Source of the DNA: a virus
Lineage: Duplodnaviria; Caudoviricetes
Virus record (IMG/VR): IMGVR_UViG_3300021364_000026
Coordinates: 1 to 55,896 of that record
Strand: one strand, 5' to 3'
Length of the DNA stretch: 55,896 bases
Part shown: positions 1 to 9,952 of the stretch, one piece after another
Layout of the letters: every line of letters starts with the position of its first letter
How positions within the stretch are numbered: the first letter of the stretch is position 1
Made by a program: the position numbers and the translations under genes
The notes under the pieces: generated by a model
The model's database searches: none
What the model was told of the DNA's origin: nothing
What the model saw: the letters and a program-made list of their open reading frames with translations, nothing else

Positions 1-87
1 ATTGAAACACATAGAGATATTTTCAGGTTCTTGTCTTGCGCATTGTTCATAGCATTACCTTCTTTCATGTCTTATGATTAGTGTGTA

Positions 88-116
88 ATTATAACATGAC
101 TAGTCAAACTTTATAA
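88..116 (-). promoter_or_regulatory. sigma70-like promoter TTATAA-N17-TATAAT for a gene running off the left edge
   Basis: Perfect -10 with 17-nt spacer; downstream GAAGGT RBS and ATG at 50 open to the window edge. Confidence 0.4.
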
Positions 117-299
117 CTTTTTTATAAAGTATTTTGGAATTGTATAGATACGATCTTCTACTAAAACTTTAACCAAATTAAAATGTGGGTCGTAAGAAAT
201 TTTATTAGTCTTAAGAACAATACATACTTTGTCGTTTAATATTTTGTTCCAGTCTTTTATTAATCCTAAATAGTGAATATCGTCTTTACTTATTTCCAT
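111..299 (-). CDS. small hypothetical protein, SH3/KOW-like beta pattern
   Basis: 62 aa; KVCIVL...VKVLVEDRIYTIPKYFIKKL resembles the other small beta-barrel-like ORFs here. Confidence 0.55.
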   Translation of the reverse strand: MEISKDDIHYLGLIKDWNKILNDKVCIVLKTNKISYDPHFNLVKVLVEDRIYTIPKYFIKKL

Positions 300-374
300 A
301 CACAGCCTACTGCTTCGTCAAACCGCAACTATTTCTAGTATATAATAGTTTACATTACGTATATTTAAAACTCG

Positions 375-725
375 CTAATTATTAAGTACAATTACTCTAT
401 TCTTAGAAACTTTCTTTCTTTTTAACCCGATTAAGACTAAAACAAAGTTTTTATAAGTTTCTATAACAACACCTTCTTCTATATGTATATTATCTATTAT
501 ACATTTTACAAAGTCACCTTTGTTGATTTCTTCTGTTTCTTCGATTTTATTTTTTTCTTTTGTTAAATGTTTTAGAGGTACCTTTTTAAAGTCAAAGCAA
601 TTTGTTTTACATTTGCATCCTAATATTGCGTATTCTTTATTAAGAAATTTAATAATGTATTCTCTGTAAGTACTTTTTTCGTAATATGATTTTACATAAA
701 CAGAATCGTTTATTTTAAAATCCAT
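375..725 (-). CDS. hypothetical protein with two SH3/KOW-like repeats
   Basis: FKINDSVYV and INKGDFVKC starts of two similar units; ATG at 725. Confidence 0.65.
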   Translation of the reverse strand: MDFKINDSVYVKSYYEKSTYREYIIKFLNKEYAILGCKCKTNCFDFKKVPLKHLTKEKNKIEETEEINKGDFVKCIIDNIHIEEGVVIETYKNFVLVLIGLKRKKVSKNRVIVLNN

Positions 726-727
726 GA

Positions 728-3700
728 TCAACTCATTAACATGTTAATATATTTTTTCAAGAGAGCTTCGTTAGAAGCTTGTATCTCTTCCTCAGTTCGA
801 GCGTGTAGTTGTGCTCTTTGATCTTTGAGTGCCATATCAGATATTTGCATTCTTGCAACTCTATTTAATTTGCTGACCATCTCAATAATATAACTTATGT
901 ATTTTTTATTTATGACTCTTGCTCGTACCTGTGACTTGTTCTTCGTTAAGCCTGCCAAACAGTCTCTTACTATAGTCAAATCTTTTCCGTAAAGATAATT
1001 TAACTCACCATCAGATGATACCTGTACAAGGTTTCTTAACATGCTAACACCTATATGTTCAGGTAAAGAAGCAAATTGGGCATCAGAAATAATATCAGAT
1101 AATTTATCTTTATCAAATGAAATATTTTTATTATTTAAGCTTTTTATTAAATTTATTACTAATATTTTAAAAGCACTTGATCCTGAAACTGTTCTTTGCG
1201 CATAGAAAGATTTTGCACTTACATGTTGTGTAACTAATGGTAGCATCTCGCTATCACTAATATTGTCTGCAATTAGCTTGCAGAATATTGGTCTAATATG
1301 ATTTCTGCTATATTCATCTTGAAATATTGATTGCTCGCTAGTAATTATTTTTTTTACGTAAATATTTACAAGATTAATAATGGTGTTTTTATCTAAAACA
1401 TCTTTTGATAATAAATAGAAAAAGAAAAAGATCTTTCTTTTATTAACAGTTTCAGTACCTAAAGAAATATTATTTTTTATTCTATCAATAGACAAAAACT
1501 TTTGAAAAATCAAATCTTGTGTTTCAGAAAATGTCTCTGTAGAATGTCCTGTTTTAAAAAAGGTCATTCTATTATCAAATACTGCTCTTTGCATATCTTC
1601 TAATATTGTATTTATAGCTTTTTCTGATGCTTTATTTTGAATAAGATATACAAAATAATCAACATTTCCTAAAAACCTGTCTAGGCTATCATCGTCTTTT
1701 AAAATATGATATAAAAAGTAAGAATCTTCAATACACAGTTTTAATATAAATTCGCCAATGGCAGATGGTAGACTTTGTGGGCTTACGTTAAATTTTTTGC
1801 ATATTGATAATATGTTTGATGCTAAAGTAATGTGATATCTTAGCGAATATACGCCTAAAATTCCGCTACCTATTAAATTTTGTAATATATAATCTATAAA
1901 CTTAATAGAATCTTTAGTTATGTACTCTGAATCTAAGCCTTTATTATATACAAAGTCAAGATATTTTTTTCCGATAACATTATTTTTATTAAACATAAAA
2001 GTAAAAAAGTCAAAATCAGTCATTAAGTCTCGAACTGTATTTTCAACGTCACTCTTTTGTAAATACATAGAATCTTTTAACACAGCAGAAAGATCTACAT
2101 TTTCAATATCTTTTGAAGAAACTATATGTGCTATTAATAAATTAATATCAATATCTGAAAGGTCTAGATTTTGAATTTTCTTAAGATCTTTCTCTAGTCT
2201 TTTAGATTCTTCATCTTTACTCTCTGTATTTCCGATTTTTTTTGTTAGCTGATTTATTCTACTACTTTTGTTTTGTTCAAATGCAATAGAAAACTCTTCT
2301 TTGTTGTTTAATATTAAATCCCTGATGTATTTTTCATCTGCACTAGACCCAGCATTAAAATAACTTTCTACTGAATCATAAAAAGGAGGCATATCTTTTG
2401 GTGCTAAAAGATTTAAATTTTTAAAAATAATGTAATTAAAAAATCCTTTTGTCTTAAAAAGTGATATGTCATCTAAAGATTCTGGCATAACTATAGATTT
2501 AATCTTATCTTTTTTGATTGATTCTTTTAAGACTCTACTAAAGTTTGCTGGATTATTTGTATCACATGCTTGAATAAAAGCATTTTTTAATTTGTTACTA
2601 AAATTTGCTATTTGATTTGCAAGTGACTCGATATACGCTTCAGTAAAAATATTTGGAAAAGATATGTAATATTTTTCATGACTTCTTTTTTCTGCAGCTT
2701 TCATTAAGATTGTATTACCTAAGTCTATAATAGCTTTTCTACCCACATTTTTTGAAACTAAATATACTAAGTCAAAATTTAAAGAAAATTCATGGTCTTG
2801 AAAAGTAGCATCACATATAACTTCTGCTAGCAAGTCTATTGATCTGTCGTATTTTTCGCTAACTTTACATTCTTGTAAAAACGTTTTTATAATTAATTCG
2901 AAATGATCAAAGCTTCGTCTAGCTATATAGACATTAAACATGCTTTCTATTTGATCAAAGTCATTAATGTCTACTAAACCTTTTACATTTGATTTTAGTT
3001 CTTCATATGTTGCAACATCTTGAGTAATATCAATTTGATTGCTATTAACAAATGCAGCTATTTCAGACTCAATATTGTCTGACATTAGTGGTACTAAATC
3101 TTGACCCATATGGTCATTATGATAATCACATGTACCTTGATAGTCAACAGAACCGTTTTTGTCTACTTTTAAACTAATTAAATAATTTGTATCACCAACG
3201 TCAGAATGTTTATCATGTAATATCATGACAAATTGCCTGCTATTATAAGCGTGCCATGTTGCTGGATTCTGTGTACACCAAGATACGTCACCAGACATAG
3301 AACTTATATACCTATTAAATGATGAAGGTGCGGGTGGATAAACTATTTTTATCCTATCGTCTTCATATACTTCGTGAACTTCACTAGCTCCAAGTTTTGA
3401 TTCTTTAAATTCTAAATACTGTTGATAAAATTTAGTTCTTCTAAATATTACATCAAATTCAAAATTGCCGTCATCTATTTCAGACTTTTCATCTAAGTCA
3501 ACATTAGGATAAAAATCTTTCATATAATAGTCAGCAGCTTTAAGACAGTCGTCTAAGTTTGCTTCTGACTTCTTTTGCATATATTGCACTAAACTATCGT
3601 ATAAAGGTTTTATAGCTTTTATATTAATAGGTGAGCCATCTATTCCTTTAATTTCTTTCAAGTCTTTTGCAATTGCAATTTCAGCTTTTTTTCTAGCTTT

Positions 3701-3904
3701 TTTATTTTCTTTTCCTTTTAAACTTAGTAAGTTAGTATCTTTAATATTTTTTACTATTCTAGCAACTAATTTTCCATATTGACCGCTAGAGCTTGGTTTG
3801 CTCTCTATAATATTTAGAAGCTTCTCTAAAAAAGTACTTTGATCAAGTATAGCTTCAGAAATTAAATTCGAATAGACATTTCTAAGTAAAAGCTTTTTTC
3901 TCAT
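728..3904 (-). CDS. large hypothetical protein (1058 aa), possible virion protein
   Basis: Long ORF, AAGGT RBS; N-terminal LISEA leader, IVYP...WCT...Y module, C-terminal NEALLKKYI motif. Confidence 0.85.
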   Translation of the reverse strand: MRKKLLLRNVYSNLISEAILDQSTFLEKLLNIIESKPSSSGQYGKLVARIVKNIKDTNLLSLKGKENKKARKKAEIAIAKDLKEIKGIDGSPINIKAIKPLYDSLVQYMQKKSEANLDDCLKAADYYMKDFYPNVDLDEKSEIDDGNFEFDVIFRRTKFYQQYLEFKESKLGASEVHEVYEDDRIKIVYPPAPSSFNRYISSMSGDVSWCTQNPATWHAYNSRQFVMILHDKHSDVGDTNYLISLKVDKNGSVDYQGTCDYHNDHMGQDLVPLMSDNIESEIAAFVNSNQIDITQDVATYEELKSNVKGLVDINDFDQIESMFNVYIARRSFDHFELIIKTFLQECKVSEKYDRSIDLLAEVICDATFQDHEFSLNFDLVYLVSKNVGRKAIIDLGNTILMKAAEKRSHEKYYISFPNIFTEAYIESLANQIANFSNKLKNAFIQACDTNNPANFSRVLKESIKKDKIKSIVMPESLDDISLFKTKGFFNYIIFKNLNLLAPKDMPPFYDSVESYFNAGSSADEKYIRDLILNNKEEFSIAFEQNKSSRINQLTKKIGNTESKDEESKRLEKDLKKIQNLDLSDIDINLLIAHIVSSKDIENVDLSAVLKDSMYLQKSDVENTVRDLMTDFDFFTFMFNKNNVIGKKYLDFVYNKGLDSEYITKDSIKFIDYILQNLIGSGILGVYSLRYHITLASNILSICKKFNVSPQSLPSAIGEFILKLCIEDSYFLYHILKDDDSLDRFLGNVDYFVYLIQNKASEKAINTILEDMQRAVFDNRMTFFKTGHSTETFSETQDLIFQKFLSIDRIKNNISLGTETVNKRKIFFFFYLLSKDVLDKNTIINLVNIYVKKIITSEQSIFQDEYSRNHIRPIFCKLIADNISDSEMLPLVTQHVSAKSFYAQRTVSGSSAFKILVINLIKSLNNKNISFDKDKLSDIISDAQFASLPEHIGVSMLRNLVQVSSDGELNYLYGKDLTIVRDCLAGLTKNKSQVRARVINKKYISYIIEMVSKLNRVARMQISDMALKDQRAQLHARTEEEIQASNEALLKKYINMLMS

Positions 3905-4041
3905 AATTTAATAATAACCTTAATTGTTTTCATAAATAATTATTTTACTCGCTTCTTATTTTATAATAAACTTCTAAACTATTAAACTTATTTATTATAC
4001 ATAGGCTCTGCGTCGTCAATTCTGTGGCTTTTCGCAAATAC

Positions 4042-4066
4042 AAAAAAACCAGCTAAGAAGCTGGTT
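4042..4066 (-). terminator. intrinsic terminator
   Basis: AACCAGCT-TCTT-AGCTGGTT perfect 8-bp stem followed by a T run, at the end of the ligase cluster. Confidence 0.8.
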
Positions 4067-4265
4067 CAATTTTTTGAAGACATGAAGAACTTATAGTATC
4101 AACGCCTAGACCCGGAAATAGAACGTCATATCTAGTTATAGGTTTATTGTATGTTAACTTATCAAATAGTTCATAATATAAATCTTTCCTTTTAGATAAA
4201 ATTAAAACGTACATACCTCTGTAAACACAGAGATCACCAATACTAAACTTCTCTTTTTCCTTCAT
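4053..4265 (-). CDS. small SH3/KOW-like hypothetical protein
   Basis: FSIGDLCVY...YDVLFP pattern; overlaps the ligase 3' end. Confidence 0.65.
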   Translation of the reverse strand: MKEKEKFSIGDLCVYRGMYVLILSKRKDLYYELFDKLTYNKPITRYDVLFPGLGVDTISSSCLQKIEPAS

Positions 4266-5535
4266 GGATTACCTTAACAACAGGAAACCTAAGAGAAAAA
4301 CTTCCATTTTGGTTTTGAGATTCTTCAAAATACTGTACAGTTATTTCTTTTCCTACAATATCATTTGGATTCTTATAAAAATGTTTTCTCTGATCGATTG
4401 AGAATCCACTGCCAACGCTAACTGTATTTCCTTTGTGTGTTATCGAAACTGAAGATAACATTTCTTCTTCTACTTCTTTTCCTTCTAAGATATATCTAAA
4501 CGGTCCAAACTGGACTTCATCAACTGTGTATTCATCATCGTAAAACATCTTGACTTTTAAAATGTCATTAGACCTTTTACCTTTATATGTACAGTTCTTT
4601 CTAATCATTAGACCTTCCCAACCTTTTTCTCTTGCAGTCTGTGTTAATGCATCTAACTCTTCAAAAGAAGTAAAAGGTGTCTGCTCTAAAAAGTCAACAC
4701 ACTTTAGATCACTTTTCAGCAAAATACTTTGAAGTGCACTAAAACGCTGTGAAAAAGTTCCTGTCTTTGACTCACCTTTTTGAAAGATAACTGAGGGTAT
4801 AAAGTCAAATACTTGAAATAGACCATTTTGAATTGTGTGATCTTTTCTCCCAATTTCTTTCATAATACTTTGAAAGTCTTCATCACCTTTATCGTTTACA
4901 ATACACATTTCGCCATCATAAACAACGTTTTTAACGCCTAAGCTTTCAATTTCTTTTTCTACTAAACTTAGTGTATGAAACTGCTTGCCCGCTCGTGAGA
5001 AAGACTTTGCTTTTCCTTTTTCGTCGACCACGATAAGGCAACGTACACCATCAAGTTTTCTTGATACAAACCAAACATCTTCTTTTAAATTAACTTTCTT
5101 TTTTGTTTTCTCGTCATATTTGTTTGCCAAAGCGACATTAAATGTAGGAATAAATCCCGGTAACGCTTTATTAATAATCTTAGTAGATACTCTAATTTTA
5201 AGATTTCTATCAAGAACTAAATATAAAATATCTTTTAATTCTGGATTATTGAAAATAAATCCGTTTGTCTCTTCGATTGCTTTATGACCTGTAATTAACC
5301 TTTTATCTAAGGAGTCTAACAGATCAAACATATAAGCAAATTTAGTATACTTATTGCACAGGTCTTGTCTTTTATCTAAGACCTTTGGAGTAATATTAAA
5401 TTGTATAAAACTATTATATGTGTAGTACAATGTTTTTCTGACAATTTTTGTTGAACTTCGAATTACATCAATCTTTTGATTAGTTGATGTTGATGAATTC
5501 ATCTCATTGATAAATTCCAAGACCTCATTGTGCAT
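4243..5535 (-). CDS. lig: ATP-dependent DNA ligase
   Basis: Motifs KLDGVR (I), YDGE (III), FQVFD (IIIa), EGLMIR (IV), LKVK (V); OB-fold VGSGF and SLRFP. Confidence 0.95.
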   Translation of the reverse strand: MHNEVLEFINEMNSSTSTNQKIDVIRSSTKIVRKTLYYTYNSFIQFNITPKVLDKRQDLCNKYTKFAYMFDLLDSLDKRLITGHKAIEETNGFIFNNPELKDILYLVLDRNLKIRVSTKIINKALPGFIPTFNVALANKYDEKTKKKVNLKEDVWFVSRKLDGVRCLIVVDEKGKAKSFSRAGKQFHTLSLVEKEIESLGVKNVVYDGEMCIVNDKGDEDFQSIMKEIGRKDHTIQNGLFQVFDFIPSVIFQKGESKTGTFSQRFSALQSILLKSDLKCVDFLEQTPFTSFEELDALTQTAREKGWEGLMIRKNCTYKGKRSNDILKVKMFYDDEYTVDEVQFGPFRYILEGKEVEEEMLSSVSITHKGNTVSVGSGFSIDQRKHFYKNPNDIVGKEITVQYFEESQNQNGSFSLRFPVVKVIHEGKREV

Positions 5536-5546
5536 ATTACATCTTT

Positions 5547-5780
5547 CTAGTTTAAGGGGTCAATGATATCTGCTTGGGCTGAAATTGCAACAGCCTCTAA
5601 AAATTGTTTAGCATAAAATGATAGCCTAGTACCATTCCTTTCAGCCAGTCTATAAACTTTGTCTACTCTGCGTAGAGCATCTTTAGGTGATGTCGACTCA
5701 AAAACGTAGTTAACTTTTTCTACGTCATAATCTCGTAAACCGTGAAAGTGAATTGTGTGCTTATATCTTTCTCTTCTCAT
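5547..5780 (-). CDS. hypothetical protein
   Basis: Start re-set to ATG 5780 (MRRERY) behind an AAGGT RBS, clear of the upstream small ORF. Confidence 0.65.
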   Translation of the reverse strand: MRRERYKHTIHFHGLRDYDVEKVNYVFESTSPKDALRRVDKVYRLAERNGTRLSFYAKQFLEAVAISAQADIIDPLN

Positions 5781-5790
5781 ATTACAAACC

Positions 5791-5955
5791 TTAACTCGTA
5801 TATTGCCTTGCAGCAGCTTGTGCATTGTCGATTGTTTTAAATTTTCCTATATAGGTCCAACCAGAGGACCATGTATTTACAGCTTTATGATAAAGTTTAA
5901 TTTGATTGTTTTCATTGTTCAACTTGAACGTTTCACCTTTATAATTGTATAACAT
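5791..5955 (-). CDS. small hypothetical protein (54 aa), absent from the ORF track
   Basis: MLYNYKGETFKL...WSSGWTYIGKFKTIDNAQAAARQYTS; AAAGGT RBS; fills the gap exactly. Confidence 0.7.
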   Translation of the reverse strand: MLYNYKGETFKLNNENNQIKLYHKAVNTWSSGWTYIGKFKTIDNAQAAARQYTS

Positions 5956-5967
5956 CTTATACCTTTG

Positions 5968-7260
5968 TTAATTTTTCATTTGAATTAAAGTGTCAGCTTT
6001 GTCTTTTTCAAAAGTCAAAGTACAGTTTGGTAATAGCAACCAGCAACGCTTTAATCCATGGGAAATTGGAGGCTTAGGCGCAGCACCATCTGTAAAAATA
6101 ATATATCCATCGAAGTTTTTCTTGTTTTTCATTGCATGCTTTGCAACAGAAACAAAAGATGTTCCTCCACAATGAGTTCTATTTAATGTTAGTTTTTTAC
6201 CTTTCTTCCACAAAAAGCCAGACTTATCATCTACAACAGAGTCAAACTTATACATGTAAAAATCAGTTTTGCTACTTAAGTTATTTAATTCGCTGTAAAA
6301 CCTGGATAGCTCTTCGCTTTCCATAGATCCACTTTCATCAACATATACAGCAATTCTAGGTTTGTAAATTTTCTTAAATCCTGCATGTACACCTGGGTAT
6401 TTTCTATTAAGTCGTTTAATAGAAGAATGTCTTTCATCTCTTCTTGTAGTACCACAAAAGTGTCTAAGAATATCTTCCCATTTGATTTTCTTAGAAATAA
6501 GCTTGTTTAGTTCAATTGCTGTTTCTGCTGAAACAGATCCCCAACCTTTTTGATTTGCCTCTTCTACAGCTGACTTAAGAATCTCTGTTAGCTTTTCATT
6601 TAGCATTTCTTTTTGGTCAGCAGGAATATCGTCCCAACCTTCATGGTCATCGAAGCCGCCAAAAGAAAACATGGTTTCAGCGTCTTCTGCCATCTTTTTA
6701 ATTGTTTCATCATTAATAAGCTTTTCAAAATAGAACTCAGATGTTTTGTTTCTTGGAAGCGAATAAATTAGAGCTGAAAGGTGGTTAAAGTTTTTAATGT
6801 CCTCTTCACTCATTTCAGCAATATCTTCATCAGACAGAGGCTTTAAGTGATAGCCCGGAACTAGTCCACCTTCTGGTAACTGGTCATATGGAATGATTGA
6901 GTTAATCGCCAAGTCTGTTGAGTAATTCCACAAGATATGAGGTGTTTTTCTTCGGTCTGTTGTGTGCTTAAATACTAAGTGTAAACATTCATGCTTTAGT
7001 AGTCCTTTAACTTGTTTTGGCAATAGAGATGCGAGAAAGTCTCTATTCCACCACATTGTAATTTCACTGTCAACAGCAAGAACACCAGCTGTAGGAATTT
7101 CTTTTGATTCTACTTTATTTAAACTTCGAAGAATACGACTATAAAAAGGCTCATCCCACAAAAGATCGATCAGGTGCTTCTGTAGATTAAAACTTTCTGC
7201 TACAGCTTGACTAACGTTAACTTTTCTTTTAATACCATTTGAAGTTGTATTTTTTGTCAT
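5968..7260 (-). CDS. HExxH metallopeptidase-like plus VWA domain protein (DUF2201-like)
   Basis: KHECLH; MIDAS VDESGSM, GGT, FTDG; adjacent to an AAA ATPase; AGGAGG RBS. Confidence 0.9.
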   Translation of the reverse strand: MTKNTTSNGIKRKVNVSQAVAESFNLQKHLIDLLWDEPFYSRILRSLNKVESKEIPTAGVLAVDSEITMWWNRDFLASLLPKQVKGLLKHECLHLVFKHTTDRRKTPHILWNYSTDLAINSIIPYDQLPEGGLVPGYHLKPLSDEDIAEMSEEDIKNFNHLSALIYSLPRNKTSEFYFEKLINDETIKKMAEDAETMFSFGGFDDHEGWDDIPADQKEMLNEKLTEILKSAVEEANQKGWGSVSAETAIELNKLISKKIKWEDILRHFCGTTRRDERHSSIKRLNRKYPGVHAGFKKIYKPRIAVYVDESGSMESEELSRFYSELNNLSSKTDFYMYKFDSVVDDKSGFLWKKGKKLTLNRTHCGGTSFVSVAKHAMKNKKNFDGYIIFTDGAAPKPPISHGLKRCWLLLPNCTLTFEKDKADTLIQMKN

Positions 7261-7277
7261 GTTGCCTCCTTAATAAT

Positions 7278-7306
7278 ATTATATGCCATAAGAATTTATT
7301 TTACAC
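7278..7306 (-). promoter_or_regulatory. class I promoter GTGTAA-N17-TATAAT
   Basis: Recurrent intergenic motif upstream of an RBS. Confidence 0.75.
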
Positions 7307-7310
7307 GTAC

Positions 7311-8399
7311 TTATTTGTTCAATAAATTCTTATTTGTGTTAACTACTTCGACCAAGTATGTTCCAATAAACTTATGAAAGTTTTGAATTGTAGGTAAGTT
7401 CTTAGTATCAGAAACCTTACCCCACATATGAATTAACATTTCTTCAGAGATGCTTTTACCTAACTTAGCAGCATTTTCTGCTTGTGTTACAGACCAGTTA
7501 TTTTGTCGACCATGTTCAGCAATTCTCTCAATAAGAAGGTTAATACGATCGTTTGAGAGCGAAGCAATACGCTCCTTAACTTCATCGAATTGATTGAGTA
7601 CATCTTCAGGAGTAACGTTAGACTCATATTTTTCTACATAGTCAGCAAACTCAATTGCTACCGGTGTACCAACAAAGCCAGATGCAACATTAAAGATTAA
7701 AGATTTGTTGGTTTTACCTGTTGATTCAATATTAACATTCATAAACTTAAAAGATTCATCTAACCGAGTCCAGCTTGCAGGAGTTGGAAAAACTTGCCCT
7801 GGTTCCATTGTTGATGCATCAGGTGCAAAGTTTGTTGATCTTGTCTTAAGAAACTCAATGATTAAACTATCAATACCATTTTTTGAAGCCCATGTAATCC
7901 AGCTGTCAATATCTGCTGTTAGATCAACAGTCCAAAACCTTCGCAAGAGTGCTGGGTCCATATCATTTACATCATACTCAGCACCATGATTTACTGCAGC
8001 AAAAACTCTTGTCTCTGGGTGAAGATTATAAGGGTTGCCGTCAGCATCATTTCCTAACTGTCTATCAAGAACTAACTGAAAGAAAGACTGTTGTACACCG
8101 GGCAAAGATCGATTTACCTCATCAAGAAATAAAACAACTGGCTCTTTGCATGCTCGAACAAACCAAGCTGGCATGCAGAAAGTCATCACACCTTTTTCTT
8201 TCATACCTTCAATATCAGGATAACCACCTACGTCACCTTCAGACATTGTTGATCCGCGAACATCGATAAGGGGGAGATTTATGCCTTGTGAAATTTGGCC
8301 AGTGATAGCAGACTTACCAATACCAGTACCGCCTCGAATTAATACTGCGATGTGTGGTGGAAGTTCTTTAGCAATGTCGATAAAAGTATTAATATTCAA
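7311..8399 (-). CDS. MoxR-type AAA+ ATPase
   Basis: Walker A GGTGIGKS, Walker B LFLDEVNR, sensor AAVN, DPALLRRF; TTG start behind GAGGA. Confidence 0.92.
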   Translation of the reverse strand: MNINTFIDIAKELPPHIAVLIRGGTGIGKSAITGQISQGINLPLIDVRGSTMSEGDVGGYPDIEGMKEKGVMTFCMPAWFVRACKEPVVLFLDEVNRSLPGVQQSFFQLVLDRQLGNDADGNPYNLHPETRVFAAVNHGAEYDVNDMDPALLRRFWTVDLTADIDSWITWASKNGIDSLIIEFLKTRSTNFAPDASTMEPGQVFPTPASWTRLDESFKFMNVNIESTGKTNKSLIFNVASGFVGTPVAIEFADYVEKYESNVTPEDVLNQFDEVKERIASLSNDRINLLIERIAEHGRQNNWSVTQAENAAKLGKSISEEMLIHMWGKVSDTKNLPTIQNFHKFIGTYLVEVVNTNKNLLNK

Positions 8400-8429
8400 T
8401 TTAAATTCCTCTTTGATGTTGTTTTAATT

Positions 8430-8459
8430 ATTATAATCCATTTGTTGTCTAATTTACAC
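8430..8459 (-). promoter_or_regulatory. class I promoter GTGTAA-N18-TATAAT
   Basis: Recurrent intergenic motif (gcGTGTAA). Confidence 0.75.
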
Positions 8460-8461
8460 GC

Positions 8462-8794
8462 TCAGAGTTTATACTGGACGAGAATAATTGCGACACTTAA
8501 TATTACTGAAATTAGTGTTTTGAGTGACCAAGGTGACTCACCTAAGAAAAAGTATGCTAGCACAGGAAACACTAGATAAGAGAGACCGAAGAATGTAAAT
8601 CTTGCAGACCAAGCCGATCCTGTTGCTTCAACAAAATAAGTCCATGACTTTAAGTAGCCAAGACCTGCAGGTATTGCGAAGACAAGTACTGCTGTTATTG
8701 TCCTATCTTTCCACCACGGGTGTATAAACTGTAGATTGTGCTGCAAGAAAACTGTTATTGAGCCTAACAAATAATAGGCTATAGCTATGTACAA
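8462..8794 (-). CDS. small four-helix membrane protein (SMR/EamA-like)
   Basis: 110 aa, four hydrophobic segments, LAYFFLGE motif. Confidence 0.65.
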   Translation of the reverse strand: MYIAIAYYLLGSITVFLQHNLQFIHPWWKDRTITAVLVFAIPAGLGYLKSWTYFVEATGSAWSARFTFFGLSYLVFPVLAYFFLGESPWSLKTLISVILSVAIILVQYKL

Positions 8795-8796
8795 AA

Positions 8797-9546
8797 CTAT
8801 CGAGCTCCAATTCTAGCAACTTCTGAGAAACCTTCTCGCTTAAGGTCTAAGAAGAAAGTCCAACCTGCACCACCAAATCGATTCTTAACAGTCTCTAGAA
8901 CGCGTAAGCCTTTAAAGTCTTCATCCTTCTTTTCAATTGAAAGGTGAAGCATAGCGTCAACCATGTGCTTAAGCTTTTGTGAACCAGCCATATTACCACT
9001 TTTGTTAACTTGACCGATACAAATAACATTGATATAGTGCTCTTTAGCATAGTCTGTTAACTGTTGTAGAGCTCTTACTGCTGATTGGCTGTTTGTGTGC
9101 TCTTCCCCGTATTTACCGTCATTAAGGGTTTGCAAGGAGTCAACAATAAGAAAGAAAGGCTTGTTAGGAAACTTTCTACGAAGTGATGTACATTGTTGCA
9201 TTAACCGTGGAACGTACGACTCTTGACCTGCAACAAATCCGCTGCGGAGTGAAAGCCGCTCGCATGTTAGCTTAACTTGAAATAAGCTTTCCTCAGCTGT
9301 ATTAAATAAGCAAACATAACCTTGTGACGTCAAGGAGTCAGCAAGAGTGAGCATAAGTGTAGTCTTGCCTGCACCAGGCTCACCAGTAAAGAGTGAGATT
9401 GTCGAAGGTGTAAATCCTTCGCCGCCAAATGCATCATCAATGTAATCAATGCCGCACTTATTGCGCTCGCGAAGTTTATTTGGAATGTTGATGTCGAGGA
9501 TATTAGTACCAAAAACAATATTGTCGTTCTTTACCTTAAGTTTCAT
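8797..9546 (-). CDS. radA: RadA/Sms-like ATPase core (no Zn finger or Lon-like domain)
   Basis: GEPGAGKTT, AEES, IVDSLQ, NKSGNMAG, KNRFG signature. Confidence 0.88.
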   Translation of the reverse strand: MKLKVKNDNIVFGTNILDINIPNKLRERNKCGIDYIDDAFGGEGFTPSTISLFTGEPGAGKTTLMLTLADSLTSQGYVCLFNTAEESLFQVKLTCERLSLRSGFVAGQESYVPRLMQQCTSLRRKFPNKPFFLIVDSLQTLNDGKYGEEHTNSQSAVRALQQLTDYAKEHYINVICIGQVNKSGNMAGSQKLKHMVDAMLHLSIEKKDEDFKGLRVLETVKNRFGGAGWTFFLDLKREGFSEVARIGAR

Positions 9547-9590
9547 ATTTTAACCTTTTAATTTGGTGTTTAAGTGGATTATGATAATAT

Positions 9591-9618
9591 AATATAATAA
9601 ATTTATTCTAAGTTGCAC
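9591..9618 (-). promoter_or_regulatory. class I promoter GTGCAA-N16-TATATT
   Basis: gcGTGCAA in the intergenic gap upstream of radA. Confidence 0.6.
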
Positions 9619-9620
9619 GC

Positions 9621-9935
9621 TCAGAGTTTTCTGAGGTATTGTCCATCGTAAGCTTTAACTGAGCAACCAAACAGTACAAAGAAATAGTTCTTTTCTAGCT
9701 TCTTGCCAAAATATTGATTGTTCGAAACAATTAAACCAATAGCATTGGTATGAGTGCACTTTACAAGATCGTTTACTTCATAACTCCATACTATTACTTT
9801 TTTCTTTGTCTCATAAGAAGAATTCTTAAGTACTTTCTTTTTAATTGTCTTTTTTGTTTTATTCTTAAAGAATGATGGATCTTCTTCTCTAAGCTTTTTT
9901 TTAGCAGCTGCTAAATCACTTTTTTTATAAGACAT
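9621..9935 (-). CDS. basic protein with C-terminal SH3/KOW-like domain
   Basis: Lys-rich N-half; YEVNDLVKC...IGLIV...FVLF; AGGAGG RBS. Confidence 0.75.
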   Translation of the reverse strand: MSYKKSDLAAAKKKLREEDPSFFKNKTKKTIKKKVLKNSSYETKKKVIVWSYEVNDLVKCTHTNAIGLIVSNNQYFGKKLEKNYFFVLFGCSVKAYDGQYLRKL

Positions 9936-9952
9936 ATTGACCTCCTATAAAT

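Noticed and set aside
3994-4019. Canonical TTGACG...TATAAT promoter
   Set aside because: Spacer is only 14 nt; treated as part of the dispersed repeat instead
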